DNA of 23,455 nt, taken from contig NZ_SNUY01000004.1 of the NCBI RefSeq assembly GCF_004376175.1, positions 41,799 through 65,253 of the forward strand, written 5' to 3'. A program made the position numbers and the translations under genes. Under the pieces are notes generated by a model. The model ran no database searches. It had not been told where the DNA came from and saw nothing but the letters and a program-made list of their open reading frames with translations. This document shows positions 1 to 8,129 of the stretch, in pieces. Within the stretch, counting starts at the first letter, position 1. The number at the start of each line of letters is the position of its first letter. Source of the stretch: Halalkalibacterium halodurans (GTDB lineage: Bacteria; Bacillota; Bacilli; Bacillales; Bacillaceae_D).

Positions 1-53
1 CTCTCCTTGGTAGAATCATAGTCGACAAAAACCCGATTCAAAGGAGAAACCCT

Positions 54-1394
54 ATGCAAAAGAATAACACAGAATACCCAACTTTAAAAGAACTTGAACA
101 GCTAGTTTGGAGGAAGTTACAGGAAACCTTCTCAAGTGTGATGACCTGCATACTAGAGGAATATGACGAAGAAATTATGCAACAACGTGATAAGCAACGC
201 TTCCATTATAAAGATAAACGGCCTCTAAAAATAGACAGTTTATTTGGTGAGATTGAGCTGAAGCGTTCCTACTATCGAGATCGTGAAACAGGGAAATATG
301 TTTATCTCCTTGACCAGTACCTGCAATTTGAGGGGATAAAAGGTTTTAGCCCTTTGGTAGAAGAAGCCGCGATTGAGCTCGCTGTGACAAGTCCTTCCTA
401 CCGAAAGGCATCGAACACGCTTGAGACTCTTCTTGGTTATCGTGTCATTAGTCATGAAGCCATTCGCCAACATCTGTTAGAAGTAGAAGCGACGCAGAAA
501 GACCGTCAGCCTATCACACATCCAGTATTGTTTATCGAGGTGGATGGACTGTATCTAAAGCGACAAGAGAAACGAATCAAAGGGAAAGAAGAGAAAATCG
601 CAGCGGTTCATCAAGGCTGGGAGGTCAACGGAAAAAGGGTGAGTTTAAAGGAGAAGCGACATTATGTTCATCGGGGGAAAGAACCGTTTTGGGAGGGGCT
701 TGAGACTTTTCTCATGGAGGCGTTTGACTATGATCCAGCGGTGCATCGACTTGTCATTAACGGGGATGGAGCGACTTGGATTACCGCTTGTCGAGACTAT
801 TTTCAAGGACGAGCCTTCTTCACGATTGATCGTTTCCATGTGGCACGTGATATCAGGAGACTGTTTCGAGATCACAGGCGTTATCGAGCCATGCAGAAAG
901 CCCTCGCAAAGTATGATGGAGAAACACTTATAACAGAGCTCAACAGTGCAGTGGGAACGCTTGAGACAGAAGCGAAAGAAGAGCGTTTAGAGGCGTTGAT
1001 TCATCAGCTTGAACAGTACCCCGAAGCATTGGGAGATTACAGACAATGGCTGAAAGATCAGGGGATTGATCCGACAGGGTTCCGCCCAATGGGAAGTGCT
1101 GAGGGAACCATGAGTGTTTTTGCGAAACGTTTGAAGAATGGACGAAGTTGGGTTGAAAAAGGCGCTAGTGCCATGATGACAGCGATGGTTGCGTTAATGG
1201 ATAAACTCCCTCTCAAAACACTAATGGGACGTGTTGAAGAATGGACAGAGCCAAAGGAAGAACGTCCTCCCAAGTACTTTCTGGAGAAGGTCGAGAGTAC
1301 AATTGGTGAAGCGACACGAAATAACATCATGTATCTCAAACAAAGAGCGAATATTCCAGTTTACCGAGCACTGAAAGACTTGAAAGGCTTTTAA
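54..1394 (+). CDS. ISLre2 family (UPF0236) transposase
   Basis: 446-aa ORF with SD AAAGGAG 8 nt upstream of the ATG. The N-terminal region ...FGEIELKRSYYRDRETGKYVYLLDQYL...SPSYRKASNTLETLLGYRVISHEAIRQHL matches my recollection of UPF0236/ISLre2 transposases. Confidence 0.85.
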   Translation: MQKNNTEYPTLKELEQLVWRKLQETFSSVMTCILEEYDEEIMQQRDKQRFHYKDKRPLKIDSLFGEIELKRSYYRDRETGKYVYLLDQYLQFEGIKGFSPLVEEAAIELAVTSPSYRKASNTLETLLGYRVISHEAIRQHLLEVEATQKDRQPITHPVLFIEVDGLYLKRQEKRIKGKEEKIAAVHQGWEVNGKRVSLKEKRHYVHRGKEPFWEGLETFLMEAFDYDPAVHRLVINGDGATWITACRDYFQGRAFFTIDRFHVARDIRRLFRDHRRYRAMQKALAKYDGETLITELNSAVGTLETEAKEERLEALIHQLEQYPEALGDYRQWLKDQGIDPTGFRPMGSAEGTMSVFAKRLKNGRSWVEKGASAMMTAMVALMDKLPLKTLMGRVEEWTEPKEERPPKYFLEKVESTIGEATRNNIMYLKQRANIPVYRALKDLKGF

Positions 1395-1551
1395 AAGCCC
1401 TAAGATTCTTAACAGAGGAGAACCCTAACATTCTGAATTCGCTTACACCTATGAGAATGGAAAATATTCCTCCCACAAAAGGTTGACACAATCCGCGGAA
1501 AGCGAGCTGATGCAGTCCAACGGAGCTTAGAGTAAAATTAATTTGATACAA

Positions 1552-1594
1552 CTAAACAAAAAGAGGCATTTTCAAATCTCCCCAAAAAATGCCC
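1552..1594 (-). terminator. Rho-independent terminator oriented for the minus strand
   Basis: Stem GGCATTTT (1565-1572) pairs with AAAATGCC (1586-1593). On the minus strand it is followed by TTTTTGTTTAG; there is no U-tract on the plus strand. Confidence 0.5.
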
Positions 1595-1728
1595 ACTAAT
1601 AGTTGACACAAACAGAAAAAAGAGATAGCTTGACAGTATTCGTATGATGTGGCTAGCTTAAGGGTGTCAGCCTAGTTACCGAACCCATTCATCAATTCCG
1701 TGTCCATCCTGAAGTTCAAGACCTTCTT

Positions 1729-1866
1729 CGTGAGTGCTTCTGAACTTGCGAAAGTACACGGCCATAAACAGCAATCAATCAACAGAAAAAAGGTTCGGAT
1801 CATCAAAATAAAATGATTCGAACCTTTTTATTACGTTTGGCTAGTTTTGTCACAGCTTCTTGTTTA
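1729..1866 (+). repeat. Copy A of an imperfect repeat family of about 130-150 nt, inverted relative to copy B at 20142-20292
   Basis: The 26-nt core GGTTCGGATCATCAAAATAAAATGAT (1792-1817) is the exact reverse complement of 20191-20216. The flanks also align by eye, e.g. GAACTTGCGAAAGTACACGGCCATAAACA versus GAACTTACGAAAAGTATACGGCCATAAACG, and TTACGTTTGGCTAGTTTTGTCACAG versus TTACGCTTGGCTCGTTTTGTCCCAG. Confidence 0.75.
1785..1830 (-). terminator. Bidirectional rho-independent terminator ending the EPS operon
   Basis: 12-bp stem GGTTCGGATCAT (1792-1803) / ATGATTCGAACC (1813-1824) with one G-U pair. It is flanked by an A-run (1786-1791) and a T-run (1825-1829) and lies 43 nt past the stop of the 1091-aa gene. 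Confidence 0.75.
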
Positions 1867-1872
1867 GGTCTG

Positions 1873-4800
1873 TTACTCTTTAATGGAAGTAAACGCTTCT
1901 TTTACTAGATCATAGGATTGCTTCAGTCGTTCTTCATAGAGGGGAATATCCCACGTTTCCCAAGTATACATGTTCATCACTTCATCCGTCAGACGATCTC
2001 CATCTAGTGCTGGTAGAGCATCAACGACTTGATAAGAGTCATCATCCTTTGGTTCAACAAATAACACCCCTGCACGAACCCCTTCGATGATCTCACTCGT
2101 TTCTCCGCCTTCACCCTCGTAGATAGCCGACATGACCTCACGCTGACTCGGGTCTTTAAAACTTAATAGTAGCCATGGAATGCGGACTTCTATCATTCCT
2201 TTTTCTTCATTGACAAAAAAGTCAGCAAGGGAATCGTAATCATCTGCTTCAGGATCACCATTTCCATGACGCAGTTCTCCTGTTTCGTAGTAACTAAACG
2301 GGATCACTTCATTCGTTGATGGAATACGGATCTCTTGGTTTAATGCATAGTGAATCTTTTGAAACACCCCCGTATTATTTTGAGGCTCAATGGATGTCTC
2401 TTCGATCATTTGATAGATTTGGCTGTATTGATAGGTGAAGAAATCATAATAGGAGTCTACCTTTACTCGCGATTCATCATAGCCCTTCAATTCGATAATG
2501 AAATCAATTCCGTGATCAAAGGTCACACCCTCAACTTCTTTGATGTGCTCATTACCTTGGCCCGGTAAAGTATCTAGCACCAAAATCGGGAATCCATCTT
2601 TAAAGAAATCGTCAGTTGATCCCGACTTCATATCGATTCGGAAATAAAGGTAACGTTCATCGTGATCCATGTACAGCCTCTTCACATACGGGTGATCCTC
2701 TTCATAAAGTAAGGATGCATCCTCCCAGTCTTGATCGTCTCCATTCACTTTCACTTTTAGACGGTCAAAGCTGAGCAAGCCAAATTGCTGCTCATTCGTT
2801 TGAGCATTGGACCAAAAAGGACGACGGTCAGGATTATCGTAATCCATCGTGTTCCATGTGCGTTTGAACCATTCATCCTGCCACGTAAAGATAAGCCCAC
2901 CTAAAAGCTTTTCCTCGATAATATCCTCAAACAATTCGACGACAATTTTCCCTTGCTCCTCTTCTGACAAAAACCCTTGATTCTTCCCAAATGGATTTTC
3001 GTGGGTAAGACCTCTAGATGCTGGAACACCAAATTCAGCGATCAAAATCGGAAGATCGTGAGCATCATGCAAATCCTTCAAATAGCCCGCGTAATTATTC
3101 AATTCACCCCGATGATCCACATAATGAATATAGTCTTCTTCATAATTCAAAAAATCAGGGTAATACGGGTAAACATGATAGGAGGCAAATTGATTGGTTT
3201 CTGTTGCTGGTCCTTTGAGATGAATCACATTCGGATCCACACCGACTAGATCTTCATCTTCGTATGGCTCCGCTGGATGTGTCAACAGATCGGTTGTAAC
3301 CCAGTTTGTAAAGCTGACTGGCCTAATCCAGTTATATTGCTCTATTTCATACGAAAGCAAAATATCAAACTGATTAGCTAGCCAATACTCAAACGGCTCA
3401 GCATCTTTTGTTTCCACATATTTGCCGTCATAATCCCCTATATCAGGATTGTTTTTATTCGTTGCTTTGACTGTGTGAGGATACCACTCAATCCCAATAA
3501 TCCAGCCGATCGTATAGGGGGAAACATCGGCTTGATACACGCCATGGGCATGCCCAGGATTAGGATCCACGACAGCATTTCCATGGATAACATCAACGAT
3601 TCGTTTCATTTCTTGTTGAAACTCTTCATTTGTTTCTTCATCAAACGCATCAAGTGTATCTTCAAGTGGCTCTTCATCGATCCACACGCCATGAAAGAGA
3701 TAAATCGGATTTTCATGCTGTTCGTTATATCGTTTTAACGCATGATAAAAGCCCGGTGGGTGTAGTGTATACACACGGATTGCATTTCCGCCCATCTCTC
3801 CGATTTGTTCAAACCAGCGATAGTAATCTTTTTCTTTAATGGCCGCTTCCCCTGGAAATGTCCCCGGTTTCCCCATCCCGAGGTTAACTCCATGGATTTG
3901 CAACTTCTTCCACTCATCGTCTACGAATACCTCGTAATCTTGATCATTGATTCTTGCCGTATACGCAAGACCATCCTTTTGTGCCACAGCCACCGCTTCC
4001 TCAGGTTCGATCAGAGTTTCAGCAGTGTGCAGCTCAAGGATCGTTTTCATCATTGGCACGTATGTTTTCCAAAAAAAGCGCTCCTCCGAAAAATCATCCC
4101 ATGCCAGCAAAGCTTTTAATTTGTTGATCCCTTTGTATTGATGGACTTTTGGAACTTCTGCAATATCTGTAAAATCACCTGCAAAGTAAAAGCTTCGCGA
4201 TTGGGGACGATCATGTCCAACCACTGCTGCAAACTGAATTGGAAGATCATGCTTCAGAAGCTCCGCTTTCCCTTCATCTGTCAAGTCCCAGTCATAATAA
4301 GCTAGAACATCTTCTTCACGCTCTGCCTCAACGACATCAAACCAGTACAAGTAATTTGGACTTGTAGTCAAATTGAACAGTTCCTGCCCCCGCTCTGTAA
4401 AACTCATGCGAATGCCTTTTTCATTAAAATGTTCCTTTTCGAGCAAAACGACAATTTCTTGAGCCTCCTCATCTACGAGGATAAAACCTGGCCCCTCATA
4501 ATTCCACTCCAAACCTAACTCGTTGTAATGATCAAGCATCCAAGCCGGAATTTCATTGTTTAGTTCATGGTCTAGCTCTTGGAAGTAGCGACCGATCCAC
4601 CCAGAGCGCTTAACGTATAAATATTCACTAACACTGTCACGGACATTCTCCTCAGTTGGAGAAGCAAACGAGTTAAATTCAACGATGAGAGTACTTCGCT
4701 TCTCTTGCTGCAAACGATCATAAATCGTTTGCCATTCCTCCATTTCGAGCCCCCCGTATAAAAGCTCAGAGCGAGTTCCTTCTCGTTCAAGATCGATCCA

Positions 4801-5148
4801 TGGTAAGTCTTCCTCATAGACACCATACGTATCGGCTACGTAGATTACATCCGCATCATCTAACGATTCAGGAAGAGGCTGAACCGAATACGTTTGCTCG
4901 CTTTCATTAGGAACAAACCCATAATAATCAGTCGCCGCGTGATACGATGACCCGTCTTTTTTTTCATACTTATAGCTATTCAAAACCCACGTAATTCCAA
5001 GATGCTCACGATAGGTTTCGTCAGGGACCGTTTTATCGAGAATGGCGACCTGCAATTCCGTCGGCTCCTTTAAATACCATAAAGCAACAGGCAAAAACAT
5101 GAGAAGGAGCAATAAACCGATACTTAACTTAATCAGCAACGCCTTCAT
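1873..5148 (-). CDS. Large membrane-anchored extracytoplasmic multidomain protein with a clan GH-A-like (beta/alpha)8 hydrolase or transglycosylase core; last gene of the EPS operon
   Basis: 1091-aa ORF with N-terminal hydrophobic anchor MKALLIKLSIGLLLLLMFLPVALWYL. The central region carries HGVNLGMG, GIEWYPH (Glu554, 3487-3489), ILIAEFGVP (Glu705, 3034-3036) and FTWQDEWFKRTW, resembling an acid/base plus nucleophile pair. The protein is very Asp/Glu rich. SD GGAAAGGAA lies upstream of the ATG, 30 nt after the GT2 stop. Confidence 0.6.
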   Translation of the reverse strand: MKALLIKLSIGLLLLLMFLPVALWYLKEPTELQVAILDKTVPDETYREHLGITWVLNSYKYEKKDGSSYHAATDYYGFVPNESEQTYSVQPLPESLDDADVIYVADTYGVYEEDLPWIDLEREGTRSELLYGGLEMEEWQTIYDRLQQEKRSTLIVEFNSFASPTEENVRDSVSEYLYVKRSGWIGRYFQELDHELNNEIPAWMLDHYNELGLEWNYEGPGFILVDEEAQEIVVLLEKEHFNEKGIRMSFTERGQELFNLTTSPNYLYWFDVVEAEREEDVLAYYDWDLTDEGKAELLKHDLPIQFAAVVGHDRPQSRSFYFAGDFTDIAEVPKVHQYKGINKLKALLAWDDFSEERFFWKTYVPMMKTILELHTAETLIEPEEAVAVAQKDGLAYTARINDQDYEVFVDDEWKKLQIHGVNLGMGKPGTFPGEAAIKEKDYYRWFEQIGEMGGNAIRVYTLHPPGFYHALKRYNEQHENPIYLFHGVWIDEEPLEDTLDAFDEETNEEFQQEMKRIVDVIHGNAVVDPNPGHAHGVYQADVSPYTIGWIIGIEWYPHTVKATNKNNPDIGDYDGKYVETKDAEPFEYWLANQFDILLSYEIEQYNWIRPVSFTNWVTTDLLTHPAEPYEDEDLVGVDPNVIHLKGPATETNQFASYHVYPYYPDFLNYEEDYIHYVDHRGELNNYAGYLKDLHDAHDLPILIAEFGVPASRGLTHENPFGKNQGFLSEEEQGKIVVELFEDIIEEKLLGGLIFTWQDEWFKRTWNTMDYDNPDRRPFWSNAQTNEQQFGLLSFDRLKVKVNGDDQDWEDASLLYEEDHPYVKRLYMDHDERYLYFRIDMKSGSTDDFFKDGFPILVLDTLPGQGNEHIKEVEGVTFDHGIDFIIELKGYDESRVKVDSYYDFFTYQYSQIYQMIEETSIEPQNNTGVFQKIHYALNQEIRIPSTNEVIPFSYYETGELRHGNGDPEADDYDSLADFFVNEEKGMIEVRIPWLLLSFKDPSQREVMSAIYEGEGGETSEIIEGVRAGVLFVEPKDDDSYQVVDALPALDGDRLTDEVMNMYTWETWDIPLYEERLKQSYDLVKEAFTSIKE

Positions 5149-5178
5149 ATCTAAATTCCTTTCCGTAAAAAGTAGACT

Positions 5179-6627
5179 CTAGCTAGCTTTTTGTTCTGCT
5201 TTGGTCAATCCTTTTCGCGTCATTTCTCCCCATTCCTTTGACCTGAACAAGGCTTCAATAATGGCTCCAAAACGCCAAAGCACCGTTAGTGGTCTATACC
5301 ATAAAGCTTCAAATAGAGAAAAGATCATCAAGCGAGACATATCGCTAACCTTTGGATACCGTTTTAAGCTCCACCCCTCTAAAATAACAGCAGTCATGGA
5401 AAAAACGGTCCCGTATAAGACAAACAGGAGGAACAAGGCCAATGCAAACTCTACATAAAGACCTCCAAAGAAGAAAGCAAACACAATATAAAGATAGCCC
5501 ATTAATTCAACGACGGGGTCAAAAAACTCAACAATCCAAAAGTAAGGAATGGATGCCGTTCCAACTAAACCATATTTCGGGTTAAAGGTCATCCCGCGAT
5601 GAAGCCATAGACTTTCCATTAATCCGCGGTGCCATCTGCTTCGTTGTCGTTGTAGAACCCTGAATGTTGCTGGCGCTTCAGTCCAACAAATGGGATCAGG
5701 GACGAAGGTGATTCTTTTTTTCAATCTTTTTTCTTTTACCAAGCGGTGGAGTCTGACGACAAGCTCCATGTCTTCACCGACGGTTTTCTTTGAATACCCT
5801 CCTGCTTCCATGACCCATTTTTTCGCAAATACGCTAAACGCACCAGATATAATAAGCACCATGTTATGCCGGCTCAATCCAATTCTCCCCATTAAAAAAG
5901 CGCGCAAATATTCAATGACCTGCATAACGACTAATGGATTTTTCGCTAGCTGAACAGACAGTACACTCCCCATCTGAATATCGCTTCCATTGGCAATGCG
6001 TACGTTACCTCCCGAAGCGATAACCTCGTCCTCATCATCTCTTGATGTCACAATGGGTTTCATCACTTTTAACAAAGCATCTGTTTCTAATATCGAGTCA
6101 CCGTCAATGGAACAAAAGTATGGATACTTTGACACATTAAGCCCTGCATTTAACGCATCTGCTTTCCCCCCATTGCTTTTATCAACCAACAGCAAATGAG
6201 GGAAAATCGTCGATTGATAGACCCCTTTAATCGGCTCCGTTTCGATTTGCTTACGGATCACCTTCCCAACCTTAACCATCTGAAAGTGTTCAATTATAAC
6301 CTCCAGCGTTTGATCCGTTGAACCATCATTGACGACAACGATTTCCGTCTGTGGGTATTTTAAGCTTAATAAAGAGCGAACCGTTTCAATAATCCCTGTC
6401 TCCTCATTGTAAGCTGGAACTAGGATAGAAACAGGCTTCGTATACGTTAATTCTAAATAATCATCATAAACCTCTTGCTTATTAAGCTTCTGCTCTCGTT
6501 TCAATTGAACGACGGAAAGTAAGAGCATTCCGGTATAAACGAGCACGACAATCCCCATATAACCTAGAAGGAACCAAGCAAAAAGATAGGGAAGGTACGA
6601 CACTATATTTGTTATAGCATTCATCAT
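5179..6627 (-). CDS. Processive family-2 glycosyltransferase (polysaccharide synthase, PgaC/IcaA/BcsA-like catalytic core without a PilZ domain)
   Basis: 482 aa with two N-terminal and several C-terminal hydrophobic helices. Motifs: VPAYNEE, VVNDGSTD, GGKADALNAG, SIDGDS (DxD), VGEDMEL (catalytic base motif) and QRQRSRWHRG (QxxRW). Confidence 0.88.
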   Translation of the reverse strand: MMNAITNIVSYLPYLFAWFLLGYMGIVVLVYTGMLLLSVVQLKREQKLNKQEVYDDYLELTYTKPVSILVPAYNEETGIIETVRSLLSLKYPQTEIVVVNDGSTDQTLEVIIEHFQMVKVGKVIRKQIETEPIKGVYQSTIFPHLLLVDKSNGGKADALNAGLNVSKYPYFCSIDGDSILETDALLKVMKPIVTSRDDEDEVIASGGNVRIANGSDIQMGSVLSVQLAKNPLVVMQVIEYLRAFLMGRIGLSRHNMVLIISGAFSVFAKKWVMEAGGYSKKTVGEDMELVVRLHRLVKEKRLKKRITFVPDPICWTEAPATFRVLQRQRSRWHRGLMESLWLHRGMTFNPKYGLVGTASIPYFWIVEFFDPVVELMGYLYIVFAFFFGGLYVEFALALFLLFVLYGTVFSMTAVILEGWSLKRYPKVSDMSRLMIFSLFEALWYRPLTVLWRFGAIIEALFRSKEWGEMTRKGLTKAEQKAS

Positions 6628-6630
6628 CGA

Positions 6631-7665
6631 TCACATTCCTAAGGCTTCTTTCCCTATGTCTTTCGCATAGGGATCTTCTTCGGTCTCCACAATCGCGCGA
6701 AGCACCGATTTGCCATTTTTTTGTTGAACTATGGATTGGGCAGCTTGTGAGCGAACCCACCACGACTGATCTTTCAATAAATGTTGTAAGCTGCTAACCG
6801 CCTCGGGTGAATCTACATTGGCCAATATTTTGGCGACCATCATGCGTTCCTCCCAATTCTCAGATTCTACAAAAGGGTAATAGATTTTTTCGTTTTGAAC
6901 GATCCCAAGTTGGCTGAGTACCTTAAGTGACCGAACTCGAACCTCCAGCTCATCATCATGAATTCGCTCCTCTAGAAAGGGAACCATCTCAACGAGGTGT
7001 TTGACCCCGATCATATCAAGGACGGTGTGTTTCAATGCAGAAGGGAAGTCTTGATAATGATCAATCATGTTTAAAAACGGCTTTTCTTCTAACTCAAATA
7101 ATAATTTTCGATACTCCATTTCATTCATCTCAATCTTCGGATTCAATAAATGCTGTAGAAAGTCTTCATACTGAAAAGCAGCTAATATGCGATAAATCTG
7201 TAGGTACTCGTCATCCGAGTAATGTTTGTTTTCGTTTAGCATGTTTAGAACATCATCTAACAGATCCTTCATCCGAAACTCTAAAATCCGATGGAGCGTA
7301 TTCATGCGAGTGCTCCAATTCAGGCTATTTAAATTTTTTTTATAATAGGGCGAAAGGAATTGATGCGCATAATCGGTAATTCGCGCTGATACCATGTCAC
7401 TGCTAATATTTTTAGCATATGAACGAAGGATTTTTTCCATGGCAATGAGCTTTGTTGAAGAGTCTGGAATGATTTGCTCAGCAGGCGCATCACCTTCTAT
7501 TAAATAGCGATAAGCCCAGTCGCTTCCGTCTTTAACGTAGTCCGCGATTTTGCGCTGAACACGAACTTCGATCATTCGTTGGACAACTAAATAGATGAAT
7601 AACAAAATCAAAACGGCCATAAAGCTCAAAATGGCTATTGTTAACCATACGATCGCATTCCCCAT
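6631..7665 (-). CDS. Single-pass membrane protein with a cytoplasmic HEAT/ARM-like repeat domain
   Basis: 344 aa with N-terminal TM AIVWLTIAILSFMAVLILLFIYLVV. C-terminal HEAT-type repeats include DDELEVRVRSLKVLSQLG, ENWEERMMVAKILANV and DQSWWVRSQAAQSIVQ. The start overlaps the upstream stop (TAATG), and its own stop lies 3 nt before the GT2 start. Confidence 0.7.
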   Translation of the reverse strand: MGNAIVWLTIAILSFMAVLILLFIYLVVQRMIEVRVQRKIADYVKDGSDWAYRYLIEGDAPAEQIIPDSSTKLIAMEKILRSYAKNISSDMVSARITDYAHQFLSPYYKKNLNSLNWSTRMNTLHRILEFRMKDLLDDVLNMLNENKHYSDDEYLQIYRILAAFQYEDFLQHLLNPKIEMNEMEYRKLLFELEEKPFLNMIDHYQDFPSALKHTVLDMIGVKHLVEMVPFLEERIHDDELEVRVRSLKVLSQLGIVQNEKIYYPFVESENWEERMMVAKILANVDSPEAVSSLQHLLKDQSWWVRSQAAQSIVQQKNGKSVLRAIVETEEDPYAKDIGKEALGM

Positions 7666-8129
7666 TATCGTAACCTCTTTAAATACCGTTTAAGACGAGA
7701 TTCTACAAATTTTACGTTAAACGGCTTTGTAATATAATCATCGACACCCATCTCAAAAGCGTATGTGACATCTTCTTCTGTTTTTCTGTTCGATAACATC
7801 ATGACAATATACTTTTCATTGTTTGGCATTTTTCGCAGCTCATGGACCATCTCCAGACCATTTCGCTTAGGTAAGACGTCATCCATGATCACGATATGTG
7901 TATGGGCTGACCGGTGCCAAGAAGATTCTAATAGCGCTTCCCCATCAAAAAAGGTTTGAACATCAAGTTCGAAATATTCGAGCGTGAGTCGCTGTAGCAA
8001 ATTAACGAGTACGCTGCGGATTACCTGATCCTCGACAATCACCGTTACTTTTATTTTCTCAACGTTTGGTTCTTGGAAGTCATTGACTGTTTCGATCGTT
8101 GAAGCCCCTTTAAAAACAGCCTCCTGCAA
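7665..8129 (-). CDS. Response-regulator receiver domain, either stand-alone as drawn or the C-terminal domain of the upstream degenerate GGDEF protein if the A6 frameshift is repaired
   Basis: Canonical REC motifs: VIVEDQ, HIVIMDDVLPKRNG (acceptor Asp), IVMMLS and DYITKPF (Lys). The ORF as drawn starts at TTG (8129) and overlaps the upstream ORF by 79 nt. Its first about 20 codons (KEALQEAVFKGASTIETV) look like the end of a GGDEF domain. Confidence 0.7.
   Translation of the reverse strand: MQEAVFKGASTIETVNDFQEPNVEKIKVTVIVEDQVIRSVLVNLLQRLTLEYFELDVQTFFDGEALLESSWHRSAHTHIVIMDDVLPKRNGLEMVHELRKMPNNEKYIVMMLSNRKTEEDVTYAFEMGVDDYITKPFNVKFVESRLKRYLKRLR

Larger units (their letters stand above)
1..1611 (+). 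mobile_element. ISLre2-family insertion sequence; ends not resolved and the left end may lie outside the window
   Basis: Carries the single UPF0236/ISLre2-type transposase ORF. A 10-nt direct repeat GTTGACACAA occurs twice downstream of the ORF (1482-1491, 1602-1611). I could not identify terminal inverted repeats, so the boundaries are a guess. Confidence 0.4.

Noticed and set aside
1676-1765. 29-codon minus-strand ORF MAVYFRKFRSTHEEGLELQDGHGIDEWVR, starting inside the repeat
   Set aside because: There is no Shine-Dalgarno sequence. In repeat copy B the same ATG is followed by a 1-nt indel giving MAVYFS-stop, and the downstream peptide is not conserved. The conservation is therefore at nucleotide or structure level, not protein level.
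1792-1824. GGTTCGAATC on the minus strand resembles a tRNA T-arm
   Set aside because: No acceptor stem, anticodon arm or CCA context is present. The sequence is simply one arm of the terminator hairpin.
2350-4826. Eight short ORFs (60-104 aa) inside or antisense to the 1091-aa gene (2350-2568, 2977-3249, 3018-3218, 3475-3738, 3630-3839, 3735-3917, 3805-4119, 3947-4141, 4572-4826)
   Set aside because: All are embedded in a long ORF with coherent domain motifs. They lack an SD and their composition looks like frame-shadow sequence.
5201-7379. Plus-strand ORFs 5201-5458, 5690-5953, 5990-6199 and 7035-7379, and minus-strand ORF 6482-6763, overlapping the GT2 and HEAT genes
   Set aside because: These are shadow ORFs of strongly supported genes. 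The 6482-6763 ORF spans the GT2/HEAT junction out of frame and shows no motifs.
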